Part shown: positions 1 through 8,028 of the stretch, one piece after another
Layout of the letters: every line of letters begins with the position of its first letter
How positions within the stretch are numbered: position 1 is the first letter of the stretch
Source of the DNA: a virus
Lineage: Duplodnaviria; Heunggongvirae; Uroviricota; Caudoviricetes
Direction: 5' to 3' (one strand)
Length of the DNA stretch: 18,202 nucleotides
Virus record (IMG/VR): IMGVR_UViG_2617270976_000013
Span: 1-18,202 of that record
Made by a program: the position numbers and the translations under genes
Notes under the pieces: model-generated
Databases searched by the model: none
Told to the model about the DNA's origin: nothing
The model's input: only the letters and a program-made list of their open reading frames with translations

Positions 1-1254
1 ATGCTGGAACAAATGGGCATTGCCGCGAAGCAAGCCTCGTATAAATTAGCGCAACTCTCCAGCCGCGAAAAAAATCGCGTGCTGGAAAAAATCGCCGATG
101 AACTGGAAGCACAAAGCGAAATCATCCTCAACGCTAACGCCCAGGATGTTGCTGACGCGCGAGCCAATGGCCTTAGCGAAGCGATGCTTGACCGTCTGGC
201 ACTGACGCCCGCACGGCTGAAAGGCATTGCCGACGATGTACGTCAGGTGTGCAACCTCGCCGATCCGGTGGGGCAGGTAATCGATGGCGGCGTACTGGAC
301 AGCGGCCTGCGTCTTGAGCGTCGTCGCGTACCGCTGGGGGTTATTGGCGTGATTTATGAAGCGCGCCCGAACGTGACGGTTGATGTCGCTTCGCTGTGCC
401 TGAAAACCGGTAATGCGGTGATCCTGCGCGGTGGCAAAGAAACGTGTCGCACTAACGCTGCAACGGTGGCGGTGATTCAGGACGCCCTGAAATCCTGCGG
501 CTTACCGGCGGGTGCCGTGCAGGCGATTGATAATCCTGACCGTGCGCTGGTCAGTGAAATGCTGCGTATGGATAAATACATCGACATGCTGATCCCGCGT
601 GGTGGCGCTGGTTTGCATAAACTGTGCCGTGAACAGTCGACAATCCCGGTGATCACAGGTGGTATAGGCGTATGCCATATTTACGTTGATGAAAGTGTAG
701 AGATCGCTGAAGCATTAAAAGTGATCGTCAACGCGAAAACTCAGCGTCCGAGCACATGTAATACGGTTGAAACGTTGCTGGTGAATAAAAACATCGCCGA
801 TAGCTTCCTGCCCGCATTAAGCAAACAAATGGCGGAAAGCGGCGTGACATTACACGCAGATGCAGCTGCACTGGCGCAGTTGCAGGCAGGCCCTGCGAAG
901 GTGGTTGCTGTTAAAGCCGAAGAGTATGACGATGAGTTTCTGTCATTAGATTTGAACGTCAAAATCGTCAGCGATCTTGACGATGCCATCGCCCATATTC
1001 GTGAACACGGCACACAACACTCCGATGCGATCCTGACCCGCGATATGCGCAACGCCCAGCGTTTTGTTAACGAAGTGGATTCGTCCGCTGTTTACGTTAA
1101 CGCCTCTACGCGTTTTACCGACGGCGGCCAGTTTGGTCTGGGTGCGGAAGTGGCGGTAAGCACACAAAAACTCCACGCGCGTGGCCCAATGGGGCTGGAA
1201 GCACTGACCACTTACAAGTGGATCGGCATTGGTGATTACACCATTCGTGCGTAA
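1..1254 (+). CDS. proA: gamma-glutamyl phosphate reductase (proline biosynthesis)
   Basis: 417-aa ORF beginning [21 protein letters not shown], recognised as E. coli ProA over its full length; the window starts at its ATG. Confidence 0.95.
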
Positions 1255-1260
1255 ATAAAA

Positions 1261-1323
1261 CCGGGTGATGCAAAAGTAGCCATTTGATTCACAAGGCCAT
1301 TGACGCATCGCCCGGTTAGTTTT
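1261..1323 (+). terminator. putative proA terminator stem-loop
   Basis: Inverted repeat ccgggtgatgc (1261-1271) / gcatcgcccgg (1305-1315), one G-U position, followed by ttagtttt. The loop is long, so this is not a textbook terminator. Confidence 0.4.
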
Positions 1324-1368
1324 AACCTTGTCCACCGTGATTCACGTTCGTGAACATGTCCTTTCAGG

Positions 1369-1444
1369 GCCGATATAGCTCAGTTGGTAGAGCAGCGCAT
1401 TCGTAATGCGAAGGTCGTAGGTTCGACTCCTATTATCGGCACCA
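1369..1444 (+). tRNA. thrW: tRNA-Thr (anticodon CGU)
   Basis: 76-nt sequence GCCGATATAGCTCAGTTGGTAGAGCAGCGCATTCGTAATGCG...GGTTCGACTCCTATTATCGGCACCA with cloverleaf features, CGT anticodon in the loop and 3' CCA; located immediately after proA as in E. coli. Confidence 0.9.
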
Positions 1445-1458
1445 TTTAAATCAATAAG

Positions 1459-2622
1459 TTACACATCACTAGTACCTTCCTTATTTTTTGACTGGGACAA
1501 ATTTGGGACCGATGGGTTCAGGATCGAGTCTATTTGCCGTGCATGTTCGGTAAGGTGATTAGGTGCGAGGTGAGCATATCGACGAACCATTTCGATAGAC
1601 TCCCAGCCTCCCATTTCCTGTAACACTGACAACGGGACTCCGGCTTGAACCAGCCAACTTGCCCAGGTGTGTCTCAAGTCGTGAAATCTGAAATCATCAA
1701 TACCTGCTCGTCTCAGCGCCGCTTTCCAGGCTGTGTTTGCGTCATACCGCATCTTCCTGACCGTTGGCGCTTTCGTTCCGTCTGGTTTGGTACAGCTTTC
1801 CTTGTACACAAATACCCAACGGTGATGATTCCCGATTTGTTTTTTCAATACGCGACATGCAGTATCATTCAGCGCAACGCCAATTGCGCGGTTTGATTTA
1901 CTCTCTTCCGGGTTTATCCATGCCACCCGGCGCTGCATATCTATTTGTTGCCATTCAAGGTTGATGATGTTCGAGCGTCTTAAGCCTGTTGCCAGTGCAA
2001 ATTCAACAACAGACTTTAATGGCTCCGGACATTCATCAATCAGCCTTTGTGCTTCATGGGGCTCCAGCCAGCGGATCCGTTTATTCTTTGGTTGAGGCAC
2101 TTTAATAATTGGTGCCTTATCCAGCATTTTCCATTCACGCTCTGCGGCTCTTAGTAGGGCCTTTATAAATGAAAGATGCGTAGCCTTCGTTGCAACGGAC
2201 GCTGGTTTTGGCGTGTATTCTGGAACAGGTTTCCCTTTTTTTCTGCATGCTTCTGCCCTGAGTTTCCAGTTTTCCTCATGACGCCGGTTCGTCATTTTCT
2301 GCATTGCTGAATAAATTTTTGATTCAGTAATGTCTCTTAGTTGCATTCCTGCGAAATGTTGAAGCCAGAATCCGATCCGGCTTTTGTCATCGTCCAGTGA
2401 TTTTTTATGTGCTTTCTCTTCAAGCCACCTGACACACGCTTCCTCGAACGTTATATCAGGTATTTCACCAAGTTTGCTGACCCGCCATGCTTCAGCCTTT
2501 AGCTTGTCATGGAGTTCTGTCGCCTGCCTTTTGTCCTTTGTTCCAAGAGACTGTTTAAATCTTTTACCGTTCGGCAATGTGAAACTGGCGTACCATATTT
2601 CACCTCTGCGGAAGAGTGACAT
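1459..2622 (-). CDS. int: tyrosine site-specific integrase, P22-type
   Basis: 387-aa ORF with C-terminal catalytic motifs ([10 protein letters not shown] ... RRYAHL) typical of phage tyrosine recombinases; SD GAGGA upstream of the ATG at 2622; adjacent to the tRNA. Confidence 0.95.
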   Translation of the reverse strand: MSLFRRGEIWYASFTLPNGKRFKQSLGTKDKRQATELHDKLKAEAWRVSKLGEIPDITFEEACVRWLEEKAHKKSLDDDKSRIGFWLQHFAGMQLRDITESKIYSAMQKMTNRRHEENWKLRAEACRKKGKPVPEYTPKPASVATKATHLSFIKALLRAAEREWKMLDKAPIIKVPQPKNKRIRWLEPHEAQRLIDECPEPLKSVVEFALATGLRRSNIINLEWQQIDMQRRVAWINPEESKSNRAIGVALNDTACRVLKKQIGNHHRWVFVYKESCTKPDGTKAPTVRKMRYDANTAWKAALRRAGIDDFRFHDLRHTWASWLVQAGVPLSVLQEMGGWESIEMVRRYAHLAPNHLTEHARQIDSILNPSVPNLSQSKNKEGTSDV

Positions 2623-2849
2623 TTTCTTTCCTCTGTTATGCCATCACCCGCGCTCACCTGGACAGTATGCAGCGGAGACTGAAGCGCCGCAATGCAGGCT
2701 TGCCGTGTTGTGAGGTAAGGATATTTTGGCTTGGTTGGATCTTTACGTGTTGCCTGTAGGCGGCCTGTTCGTATCCAGTTGGTGGCGGTTGGTCTGGATA
2801 TCTTAAGAAACTGACAGGCCTCATCGAGTGTGAGGCTGTATGATTCCAT
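2499..2849 (-). CDS. xis: excisionase, P22-type
   Basis: 116-aa product starting [31 protein letters not shown], an HTH-type excisionase; overlaps the int 5' end; SD GAGGT 5 nt upstream of the ATG at 2849. The ORF track start at 2879 was rejected in favour of this ATG. Confidence 0.8.
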   Translation of the reverse strand: MESYSLTLDEACQFLKISRPTATNWIRTGRLQATRKDPTKPKYPYLTTRQACIAALQSPLHTVQVSAGDGITEERKCHSSAEVKYGTPVSHCRTVKDLNSLLEQRTKGRRQNSMTS

Positions 2850-3099
2850 GGTTACCTCTGCTTTTTGAACGCATGTCACGTAACTTCTTAATGTGTTCTG
2901 CCGTTTCGATCTCTTCTGCTATCCGATCTGCATCAGCTTTATTCACAGGTTCAAAGTCATGATTAAAGCGGAACATGCTGGCGATACATGTTCTGCCTTT
3001 TCGGATGTAGTGAACTTTGTTGTGGGTAGAACGCAGGATTTTGCAGGGAGTGCCGTGGTGGTCGACGTACCAGGTGTTAGGAAAAATGATTCTGAACAT
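2821..3099 (-). CDS. hypothetical phage protein (92 aa)
   Basis: ORF with SD GAGGTG about 7 nt upstream of the ATG at 3099; no family recognised. Confidence 0.5.
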   Translation of the reverse strand: MFRIIFPNTWYVDHHGTPCKILRSTHNKVHYIRKGRTCIASMFRFNHDFEPVNKADADRIAEEIETAEHIKKLRDMRSKSRGNHGIIQPHTR

Positions 3100-3146
3100 T
3101 TTTACACCTCAGTTGGACGATGTTGAAATTTGCTGCTTTGAGGCCA

Positions 3147-3365
3147 TCACAGTCCCCATTGTTTGTTCTTAAGTTCGATCTCCTCCTGGCAACTTGCACA
3201 AGTCCGACAACCCTGAACAGCCAGGCGTCTTCGCTCATCTATCGGATCGCCACACTCACAACAATGAGTTGCGGATACAGTCTGGTAGTTCAGACGACGC
3301 ATTTTTATTGCTGTATTGCGCTGTAATTCTTCGATTTCTGATGCTGAATCAATGATGTCTGCCAT
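3147..3365 (-). CDS. TraR/DksA-family C4-type zinc-finger protein
   Basis: 72-aa product with CCECGDPIDERRRLAVQGCRTCASC, a four-cysteine zinc finger of TraR/DksA type; SD GGAAG upstream. Confidence 0.8.
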   Translation of the reverse strand: MADIIDSASEIEELQRNTAIKMRRLNYQTVSATHCCECGDPIDERRRLAVQGCRTCASCQEEIELKNKQWGL

Positions 3366-3414
3366 CTTCCATTAATCCCTGAATTGTTGGTTAATACGCT
3401 TGAGGATGAATGCG

Positions 3415-3441
3415 AACAATAAAAAAGGAGCCTGTAGCTCC
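3415..3441 (-). terminator. putative intrinsic terminator (minus strand)
   Basis: Hairpin ggagc-ctgta-gctcc (3427-3441); on the minus strand it is followed directly by a T6 run (plus-strand aaaaaa 3421-3426). Confidence 0.4.
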
Positions 3442-3463
3442 CTGATGATTTTGCTTTTCATGT

Positions 3464-3679
3464 TCACCGTTCCTTAAAGACGCCGTTTAACATGCCGATC
3501 ACCAGGCTTAAATGAGTCGGTGTGAATCCCATCAGCGTTACCGTTTCGCGGTGCTTCTTTAGTACGCTACGGCAAATGTCATTGACGTTTTTATCCGGAA
3601 ACTGCTGTCTGGCTTTTTTGATTTCATAATTAGCCTGACGGGCAATGCTGCGAAGGGCGTTATTATGTTCTATTGTCAT
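3464..3679 (-). CDS. hypothetical protein (71 aa), translationally coupled downstream of the 250-aa gene
   Basis: ATG at 3679 with GAGG about 5 nt upstream, 8 nt after the stop of the 250-aa ORF; product MTIEHNNALRSIARQANYEIKKARQ..., no family recognised. The ORF track extends it to 3817 but that overlaps the upstream gene. Confidence 0.5.
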   Translation of the reverse strand: MTIEHNNALRSIARQANYEIKKARQQFPDKNVNDICRSVLKKHRETVTLMGFTPTHLSLVIGMLNGVFKER

Positions 3680-3686
3680 ATTGGCC

Positions 3687-4439
3687 TCACACTTCGAATG
3701 CCAGTTGAGGGGTAAAGACGTCCCGTTCAGCGTTGTAATTAAGTGAACTGGCACTGTTGAATGATTCAATGCGTTCCACAAGAACTTGCGTACGGGTTTC
3801 TTTACTTGCGGGAGCATATGGCGAACCTACCCAGGATTTGTCGATGCCTATATTTCTTGCGACGTTCGTGCTGTCTGCAGACGAAAGCGGTACATGAGTA
3901 AAAATGTCTTTATTTAACATCCGTAACCCATGAATCTTGGTGATTGGGTAGCCGTACTGATCTACAACATGACGTATAAGATCGCGTAGTTTAGCCCGAC
4001 ACGCTCTCGGTCGTTTTGCATCGTATTCCCCCATCGAGCCGATGCAGACGCGGGGAAACTCATGGCACAGACGAATAAATCGCTCATCTGGTTCGTTCAT
4101 GTGCCACACCGGAGCACCAATAAATTTACCGTGAGGCCATGCCGCAATCAGGGCGTCATTCTCTTCACTGGTTCCGCCGATAACATCCGGGATAACCGCG
4201 AATGAGAAACGAGGGTGATTACCCCAGCGTTCAACAAATCTGTAATATTCATTCCAGTCTATGGCCTTGTTTTTTGTCCAGAATGTGAATGCACCATTAT
4301 CAAGAGCAAATGATTGGGTGACTTCGGAAGCCAGATCAATCTGAGCTGGATTAGCAAAACTGATGAATGCGTGTCTGCCTTTCCAGGCTTTCAACGCACA
4401 GGTATCGGGAGTTATTGGACCACCGTGAAAATGAATCAT
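3687..4439 (-). CDS. 250-aa protein with TGT-superfamily (tRNA-guanine transglycosylase-like) motifs; candidate DpdA-type 7-deazaguanine DNA transglycosylase
   Basis: Ordered motifs resembling bacterial Tgt: LDNGAF (46-51) vs TDSGGFQ, AVIPDVIGG (81-89), CIGSMG (132-137) vs VGGL, KDIFTHVP (177-184) vs IDMFDCVMP, TNVARN (191-196) vs TRNARN. No CxCxxC zinc site. The ORF itself is secure; the family call is from a by-eye alignment. Confidence 0.5.
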   Translation of the reverse strand: MIHFHGGPITPDTCALKAWKGRHAFISFANPAQIDLASEVTQSFALDNGAFTFWTKNKAIDWNEYYRFVERWGNHPRFSFAVIPDVIGGTSEENDALIAAWPHGKFIGAPVWHMNEPDERFIRLCHEFPRVCIGSMGEYDAKRPRACRAKLRDLIRHVVDQYGYPITKIHGLRMLNKDIFTHVPLSSADSTNVARNIGIDKSWVGSPYAPASKETRTQVLVERIESFNSASSLNYNAERDVFTPQLAFEV

Positions 4440-4594
4440 ACACTCTCCCGTTTATTATTTATCTCCTCAGCCAGCCGCTGGGCTTTCAGCGGATTTCGGA
4501 TAACAGAAAGGCCGGGAAATACCCAGCCTCGCTTTGTAACGGAGTAGACGAAAGTGATCGCGCCTACCCGGATATTATCGTGAGGATGCTTCAT
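4436..4594 (-). CDS. small protein (52 aa), lambda orf60a-like position immediately downstream of exo
   Basis: ATG overlaps the exo stop (ATGA) and its stop overlaps the ATG of the 250-aa gene (ATGA); product [52 protein letters not shown]. Below the ORF track length cutoff. Confidence 0.5.
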   Translation of the reverse strand: MKHPHDNIRVGAITFVYSVTKRGWVFPGLSVIRNPLKAQRLAEEINNKRESV

Positions 4595-5271
4595 CGCCAT
4601 TGCTCCCCAAATACAAAACCAATTTCAGCCAGTGCCACGTCCATTTTTTCGATGAACTCCGGCACCATCTCGTCAAAATTCGCCATGTACTTTTCATTCC
4701 GCTCAATCACGACATAATGCAGTCCTTCACGCTTCATCCGCGGGTCATAGTTGGCAAAGTACCAGGCATCTTTTCGTGTCACCCACATGCTGTACTGCAC
4801 CTGGGCCATGTAAGCCGATTTTATGGCCTCGAAACCACCGAGCCGGAACTTCATGAAATCCCGGGAGGTAAACGGGCATTTCAGCTCAAGGCCATTGCCG
4901 TCACTGCATAAACCATCGGGAGAGCAGGCGGTGCGCATACTTTCGTCGCGATAGATGATCGGGGATTCAATAACATTTACGCCGGAAGTGAACTCAAACA
5001 CGGTTCTGGCGTCGTTCTCGTACTGTTTTCCCCAGGCCAGCGCTTTAGCGTTAACTTCCGGAGCCACACCGGTGCAAACCTCAGCCAGCAGGGTGTGGAA
5101 GTAGGACATTTTCATGTCAGGCCACTTCTTTCCTGATCGGGGCTTTGCTATCACGTTGTGAACTTCTGAAGCGGTGATGACGCCGAGCCGTAATTTGTGC
5201 CATGCATCATCCCCCTGTTCGACAGCTCTCACGTCGATCCCGGTACGCTGCAGGATAATGTCCGGTGTCAT
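4591..5271 (-). CDS. exo: lambda-type 5'-3' exonuclease (Red alpha)
   Basis: 226-aa product [40 protein letters not shown]... matches lambda Exo along its length; ATGA overlap with bet. Confidence 0.95.
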   Translation of the reverse strand: MTPDIILQRTGIDVRAVEQGDDAWHKLRLGVITASEVHNVIAKPRSGKKWPDMKMSYFHTLLAEVCTGVAPEVNAKALAWGKQYENDARTVFEFTSGVNVIESPIIYRDESMRTACSPDGLCSDGNGLELKCPFTSRDFMKFRLGGFEAIKSAYMAQVQYSMWVTRKDAWYFANYDPRMKREGLHYVVIERNEKYMANFDEMVPEFIEKMDVALAEIGFVFGEQWR

Positions 5272-6053
5272 GCTGCCACCTTCTGCTCAGTGGCTTTCTG
5301 TTTCAGGAATCCAAGAGCTTTCACTGCTTCGGCCTGTGTCAGTTCTGACGATGCGCGAATGTCGCGGCGAAATATCTGGGAACAGAGCGGCAATAAGTCG
5401 TCATCCCATGTTTTATCCAGGGCGATCAGCAGAGTGTTAATCTCCTGCATGGTTTCATCGTTAACCGGAGTGATGTCGCGTTCTGGCTGACGTTCTGCAG
5501 TGTATGCTGTATTTTCGACAATGCGCTCGGCTTCATCCTTGTCATAGATACCAGCAAATCCGAAGGCCAGACGGGCACACTGAATCATGGCTTTATGCCG
5601 TAACATCCGTTTGGGATGCGACTGCCACGGCCCCGTGATTTCTCTGCCTTCGCGGGTTTTGAATGGTTCGCGGCGGCATTCATCCATCCATTCGGTAACG
5701 CAGATCGGATGATTACGGTCCTTGCGGTAAATCCGGCATGTACAGGATTCATTGTCCTGCTCAAAGTCCATGCCATCAAACTGCTGGTTTTCATTGATGA
5801 TGCGGGACCAGCCATCAACGCCCACCACCGGAACAATGCCGTTCTGCTTATCAGGGAAGGCGTAAATTTCTTTCGTCCACGGATTAAGGCCGTACTGGTT
5901 GGCGACGATCAACAATGCGATGAACTGCGCATCGCTGGCATCACCTTTAAATGCCGTCTGGCGAAGAGTGGTGATCAGTTCCTGTGGGTCGACAGAATCC
6001 ATGCCGACACGTTCAGCCAGCTTCCCTGCCAGCGTTGCGAGTGCTGTACTCAT
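5268..6053 (-). CDS. bet: lambda-type single-strand annealing protein (Red beta)
   Basis: 261-aa product [66 protein letters not shown]... matches lambda Bet. Confidence 0.95.
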   Translation of the reverse strand: MSTALATLAGKLAERVGMDSVDPQELITTLRQTAFKGDASDAQFIALLIVANQYGLNPWTKEIYAFPDKQNGIVPVVGVDGWSRIINENQQFDGMDFEQDNESCTCRIYRKDRNHPICVTEWMDECRREPFKTREGREITGPWQSHPKRMLRHKAMIQCARLAFGFAGIYDKDEAERIVENTAYTAERQPERDITPVNDETMQEINTLLIALDKTWDDDLLPLCSQIFRRDIRASSELTQAEAVKALGFLKQKATEQKVAA

Positions 6054-6058
6054 CCGTT

Positions 6059-6355
6059 TTATACCTCTGAATCAATATCAAACTGGTGGTGAGCAATGGT
6101 TTCAACCATGTACCGGATGTGTTCTGCCATGCGCTCCTGAAACTCAACATCGTCATCAAACGCACGGGTAATGGCTTTTTTGCTGGCCCCGCAGCGTTGC
6201 AAATGATCGATACAGAGTGATTCAAACAGGTGCTGTGGAAGACCTTTTTCCATGTCGTCTGCCAGTTCTGCCTCTTTCTCTTCACGGGCGATCTGCTGGT
6301 AGTGACGTGCCCAGCTCTGAGCCTCAAGACGATCCTGAATGTAATAAGCGTTCAT
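6059..6355 (-). CDS. gam: RecBCD inhibitor Gam (short, GamS-like form)
   Basis: 98-aa product [47 protein letters not shown]... matches lambda Gam; SD AGGAG 8 nt upstream. The in-frame upstream extension has a stop and no ATG. Confidence 0.9.
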   Translation of the reverse strand: MNAYYIQDRLEAQSWARHYQQIAREEKEAELADDMEKGLPQHLFESLCIDHLQRCGASKKAITRAFDDDVEFQERMAEHIRYMVETIAHHQFDIDSEV

Positions 6356-6431
6356 GGCTGAACTCCTGAAAATGGCTGTGAAAATATCGCCTGCGAAATG
6401 CCAGGCTGATTAGGAAAACAGGAAAGGGGGG

Positions 6432-6590
6432 TTAGTGATTCAGGCCGTTACCGCGTCCGTCGAGAAAAACTTCCACGAGCAAATCACGGGTATAAGTGCG
6501 CTCGATGCCGCGATGCAGATATAGCCGTCCGCGTAAATTAGCTGATGCAGTCCAGGTACCATCTTTGTGTTTGACCAGCATTCCTGGCAT
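6432..6590 (-). CDS. small ORF (52 aa) in the kil/cIII position, function unknown
   Basis: ATG at 6590 preceded by GAGGTG (5-nt spacer); product MPGMLVKHKDGTWTASANLRGRLYLHRGIERTYTRDLLVEVFLDGRGNGLNH; below the ORF track cutoff. Overlapping alternative ORFs exist in other frames. Confidence 0.35.
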   Translation of the reverse strand: MPGMLVKHKDGTWTASANLRGRLYLHRGIERTYTRDLLVEVFLDGRGNGLNH

Positions 6591-6899
6591 GACCGCACCT
6601 CAATTAACGGTCTGCATTCCGTAATGTTGATGAACCATAAAAACTCCTGCCCGTAAGCTGGGCTGCTGAACATATAGAGACTTCTGCGCGTATTCAGGCG
6701 GTGGATGGCCGCCGGTTGTCATAACTAAGCCGCCTCGTTGAAGCGACTGAGGTATGAAATGTTGAGTTAATTTCAGCTGGTCACACCGACGTTCACGCGT
6801 CCGTTTCACCCCTCGCACTCCCCGAAGCCTGCTGAAATTCAAACTGCGGATCTAAGCGGTCATCGCAACGGTGAATCAGGTAGTTGCCGTATCGTTGTG

Positions 6900-6990
6900 T
6901 TGTTGCGATGAACTTATTTAAAACTACAGTTGTTTTATCGTCAACAACAAAAGTTGTTTTATTGGTTGTTTTAGATATAACTGGTTGTAT
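6900..6990 (-). promoter_or_regulatory. putative leftward early promoter and operator array (pL/OL-like)
   Basis: Minus strand reads TTGACG, 17 nt, TTAAAT; overlapping repeats of TAAAACAAC/GTTGTTTT in direct and inverted orientation (plus strand agttgttttatcgtcaacaacaaaagttgttttattggttgtttta). Confidence 0.4.
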
Positions 6991-7085
6991 TTAGGATGGA
7001 TTTATTTTGTGACTTGAATCGCATAGCGATAACTGAAGCGAGGTTATGGTGGTTTTTTTAACGGTGTGTGTGATGAGGGGGGGGG

Positions 7086-7113
7086 CAAAAGAAAACCCGG
7101 CACGGTGACCGGG
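7086..7113 (-). terminator. putative intrinsic terminator downstream of the repressor gene (minus strand)
   Basis: GC stem cccgg (7096-7100) / ccggg (7109-7113) with an 8-nt loop; on the minus strand followed by TTTTCTTTT and then a C9 tract (plus-strand G9 at 7077-7085). Confidence 0.4.
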
Positions 7114-7234
7114 ATTCTTACGCCGTTAGGTAAAGATATTATTGCGGTGGCTTAATATTACTACCTAGAGCAAAGATAGGAATTAGTTCTTTACTGAATG
7201 AGCACAATGCCCAGTTGATAATTTTTAATTGGTA

Positions 7235-7924
7235 CTACCCATGCTTCCTATATGTCTGCGGCATGCTCCCAATAACCTTACCGAAGATGAACACCCGGTT
7301 CATCTCGTCTTTCTCGATCGGGTCCCACGGTGAGTAGCTTTTGTTATCAGAGATGACCAGCAGCTTATCCTTCATCATTTGCAGGCGCTTTACATGGGCT
7401 GTGTCGTCGTACAGAAACGCATAGATACCATCACCGTCGAAAGATTTAACTGTGATATCAACGAACAGCAGATCACCTGGTTCGATCGTTCCTGACATGC
7501 TGTCACCACGCACGTTAATGATGCGGATATTTTCCGCCTTCCTACCATCGAACATGTGACGAGCATCGTCAAACGAGTACTCAACCGAGCGTAGAACTTC
7601 TACAAACTCACGGTTGATGACTCCCGGCCCAGCACTGACTTCTATATCAAGAACGTCAATCTTGAAGTATTTGGAATGGCTGACAGTTGATTGTATTGGT
7701 TGCACTGTACTGTCTGACATATTTCCAACGCCAGAAGATAACCATTCTGCGCGCACACCCAAAGCGTTCGCGATCTCCACGATTTTAGTTGTTTGATTAG
7801 CTTTCCCTGTTTCGATTTTCTGAATAGCAGCCTGGCTAACCCCGACCAAATCCCCAAGCGCCTTTTGTGTAAGGCCTCGCGCTAATCTGGCTTCTTTAAG
7901 TCTTTCTGAGAGTGTTGTTTTCAT
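7235..7924 (-). CDS. cI: CI-like prophage repressor, HTH plus S24 (LexA-type) peptidase domain
   Basis: 229-aa product MKTTLSERLKEARLARGLTQKALGDLVGVSQAAIQKIETGK... with C-terminal GDSM and VKRL (Ser/Lys dyad context). Start chosen at ATG 7924 (not 7990) to leave a 105-bp operator region; no SD, consistent with a leaderless mRNA. Confidence 0.9.
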   Translation of the reverse strand: MKTTLSERLKEARLARGLTQKALGDLVGVSQAAIQKIETGKANQTTKIVEIANALGVRAEWLSSGVGNMSDSTVQPIQSTVSHSKYFKIDVLDIEVSAGPGVINREFVEVLRSVEYSFDDARHMFDGRKAENIRIINVRGDSMSGTIEPGDLLFVDITVKSFDGDGIYAFLYDDTAHVKRLQMMKDKLLVISDNKSYSPWDPIEKDEMNRVFIFGKVIGSMPQTYRKHG

Positions 7925-8028
7925 AGTCCAAATGTACAACCAAGGTTTTATTCCATCAAACGAAAATGGTTGTTGACTAAAAACAACCATGGTTTTAATC
8001 TTGATTCAAATTAACCACGGAGGTTGTT
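7925..8028. promoter_or_regulatory. divergent promoter/operator region (OR, pR, pRM-like)
   Basis: Three operator-like sites sharing AACCA/TGGTT half-sites (caaccaaggtttt, aaaatggttgttg, aaaacaaccatggtttt with perfect palindrome aaccatggtt). Rightward TTGACT (7973-7978) then TTTAAT; leftward TTGATG, 17 nt, TACATT ending about 7 nt before the repressor ATG. Confidence 0.55.

Noticed and set aside
741-1335. Minus-strand ORFs of 103 and 129 aa
   Set aside because: Both overlap proA on the opposite strand with no recognisable product; proA is unambiguous.
1645-2713. Plus-strand ORFs of 83, 66 and 109 aa
   Set aside because: Antisense to the integrase and excisionase genes; no SD and no recognisable product.
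5174-6327. Plus- and minus-strand ORFs overlapping exo, bet and gam (88 to 158 aa)
   Set aside because: Alternative frames of three genes confidently recognised as lambda Red components.
6908-6994. 28-codon plus-strand ORF MNLFKTTVVLSSTTKVVLLVVLDITGCI in the OL region
   Set aside because: No SD, and the sequence is explained by operator repeats (GTTGTTTT reads as Val-Val-Leu); probably not translated.
7925-7990. Longer repressor start at 7990 (ORF track, 251 aa)
   Set aside because: It would add a non-homologous 22-aa extension and shrink the operator region to under 40 bp; the ATG at 7924 gives a canonical HTH N-terminus and lambda-like spacing.
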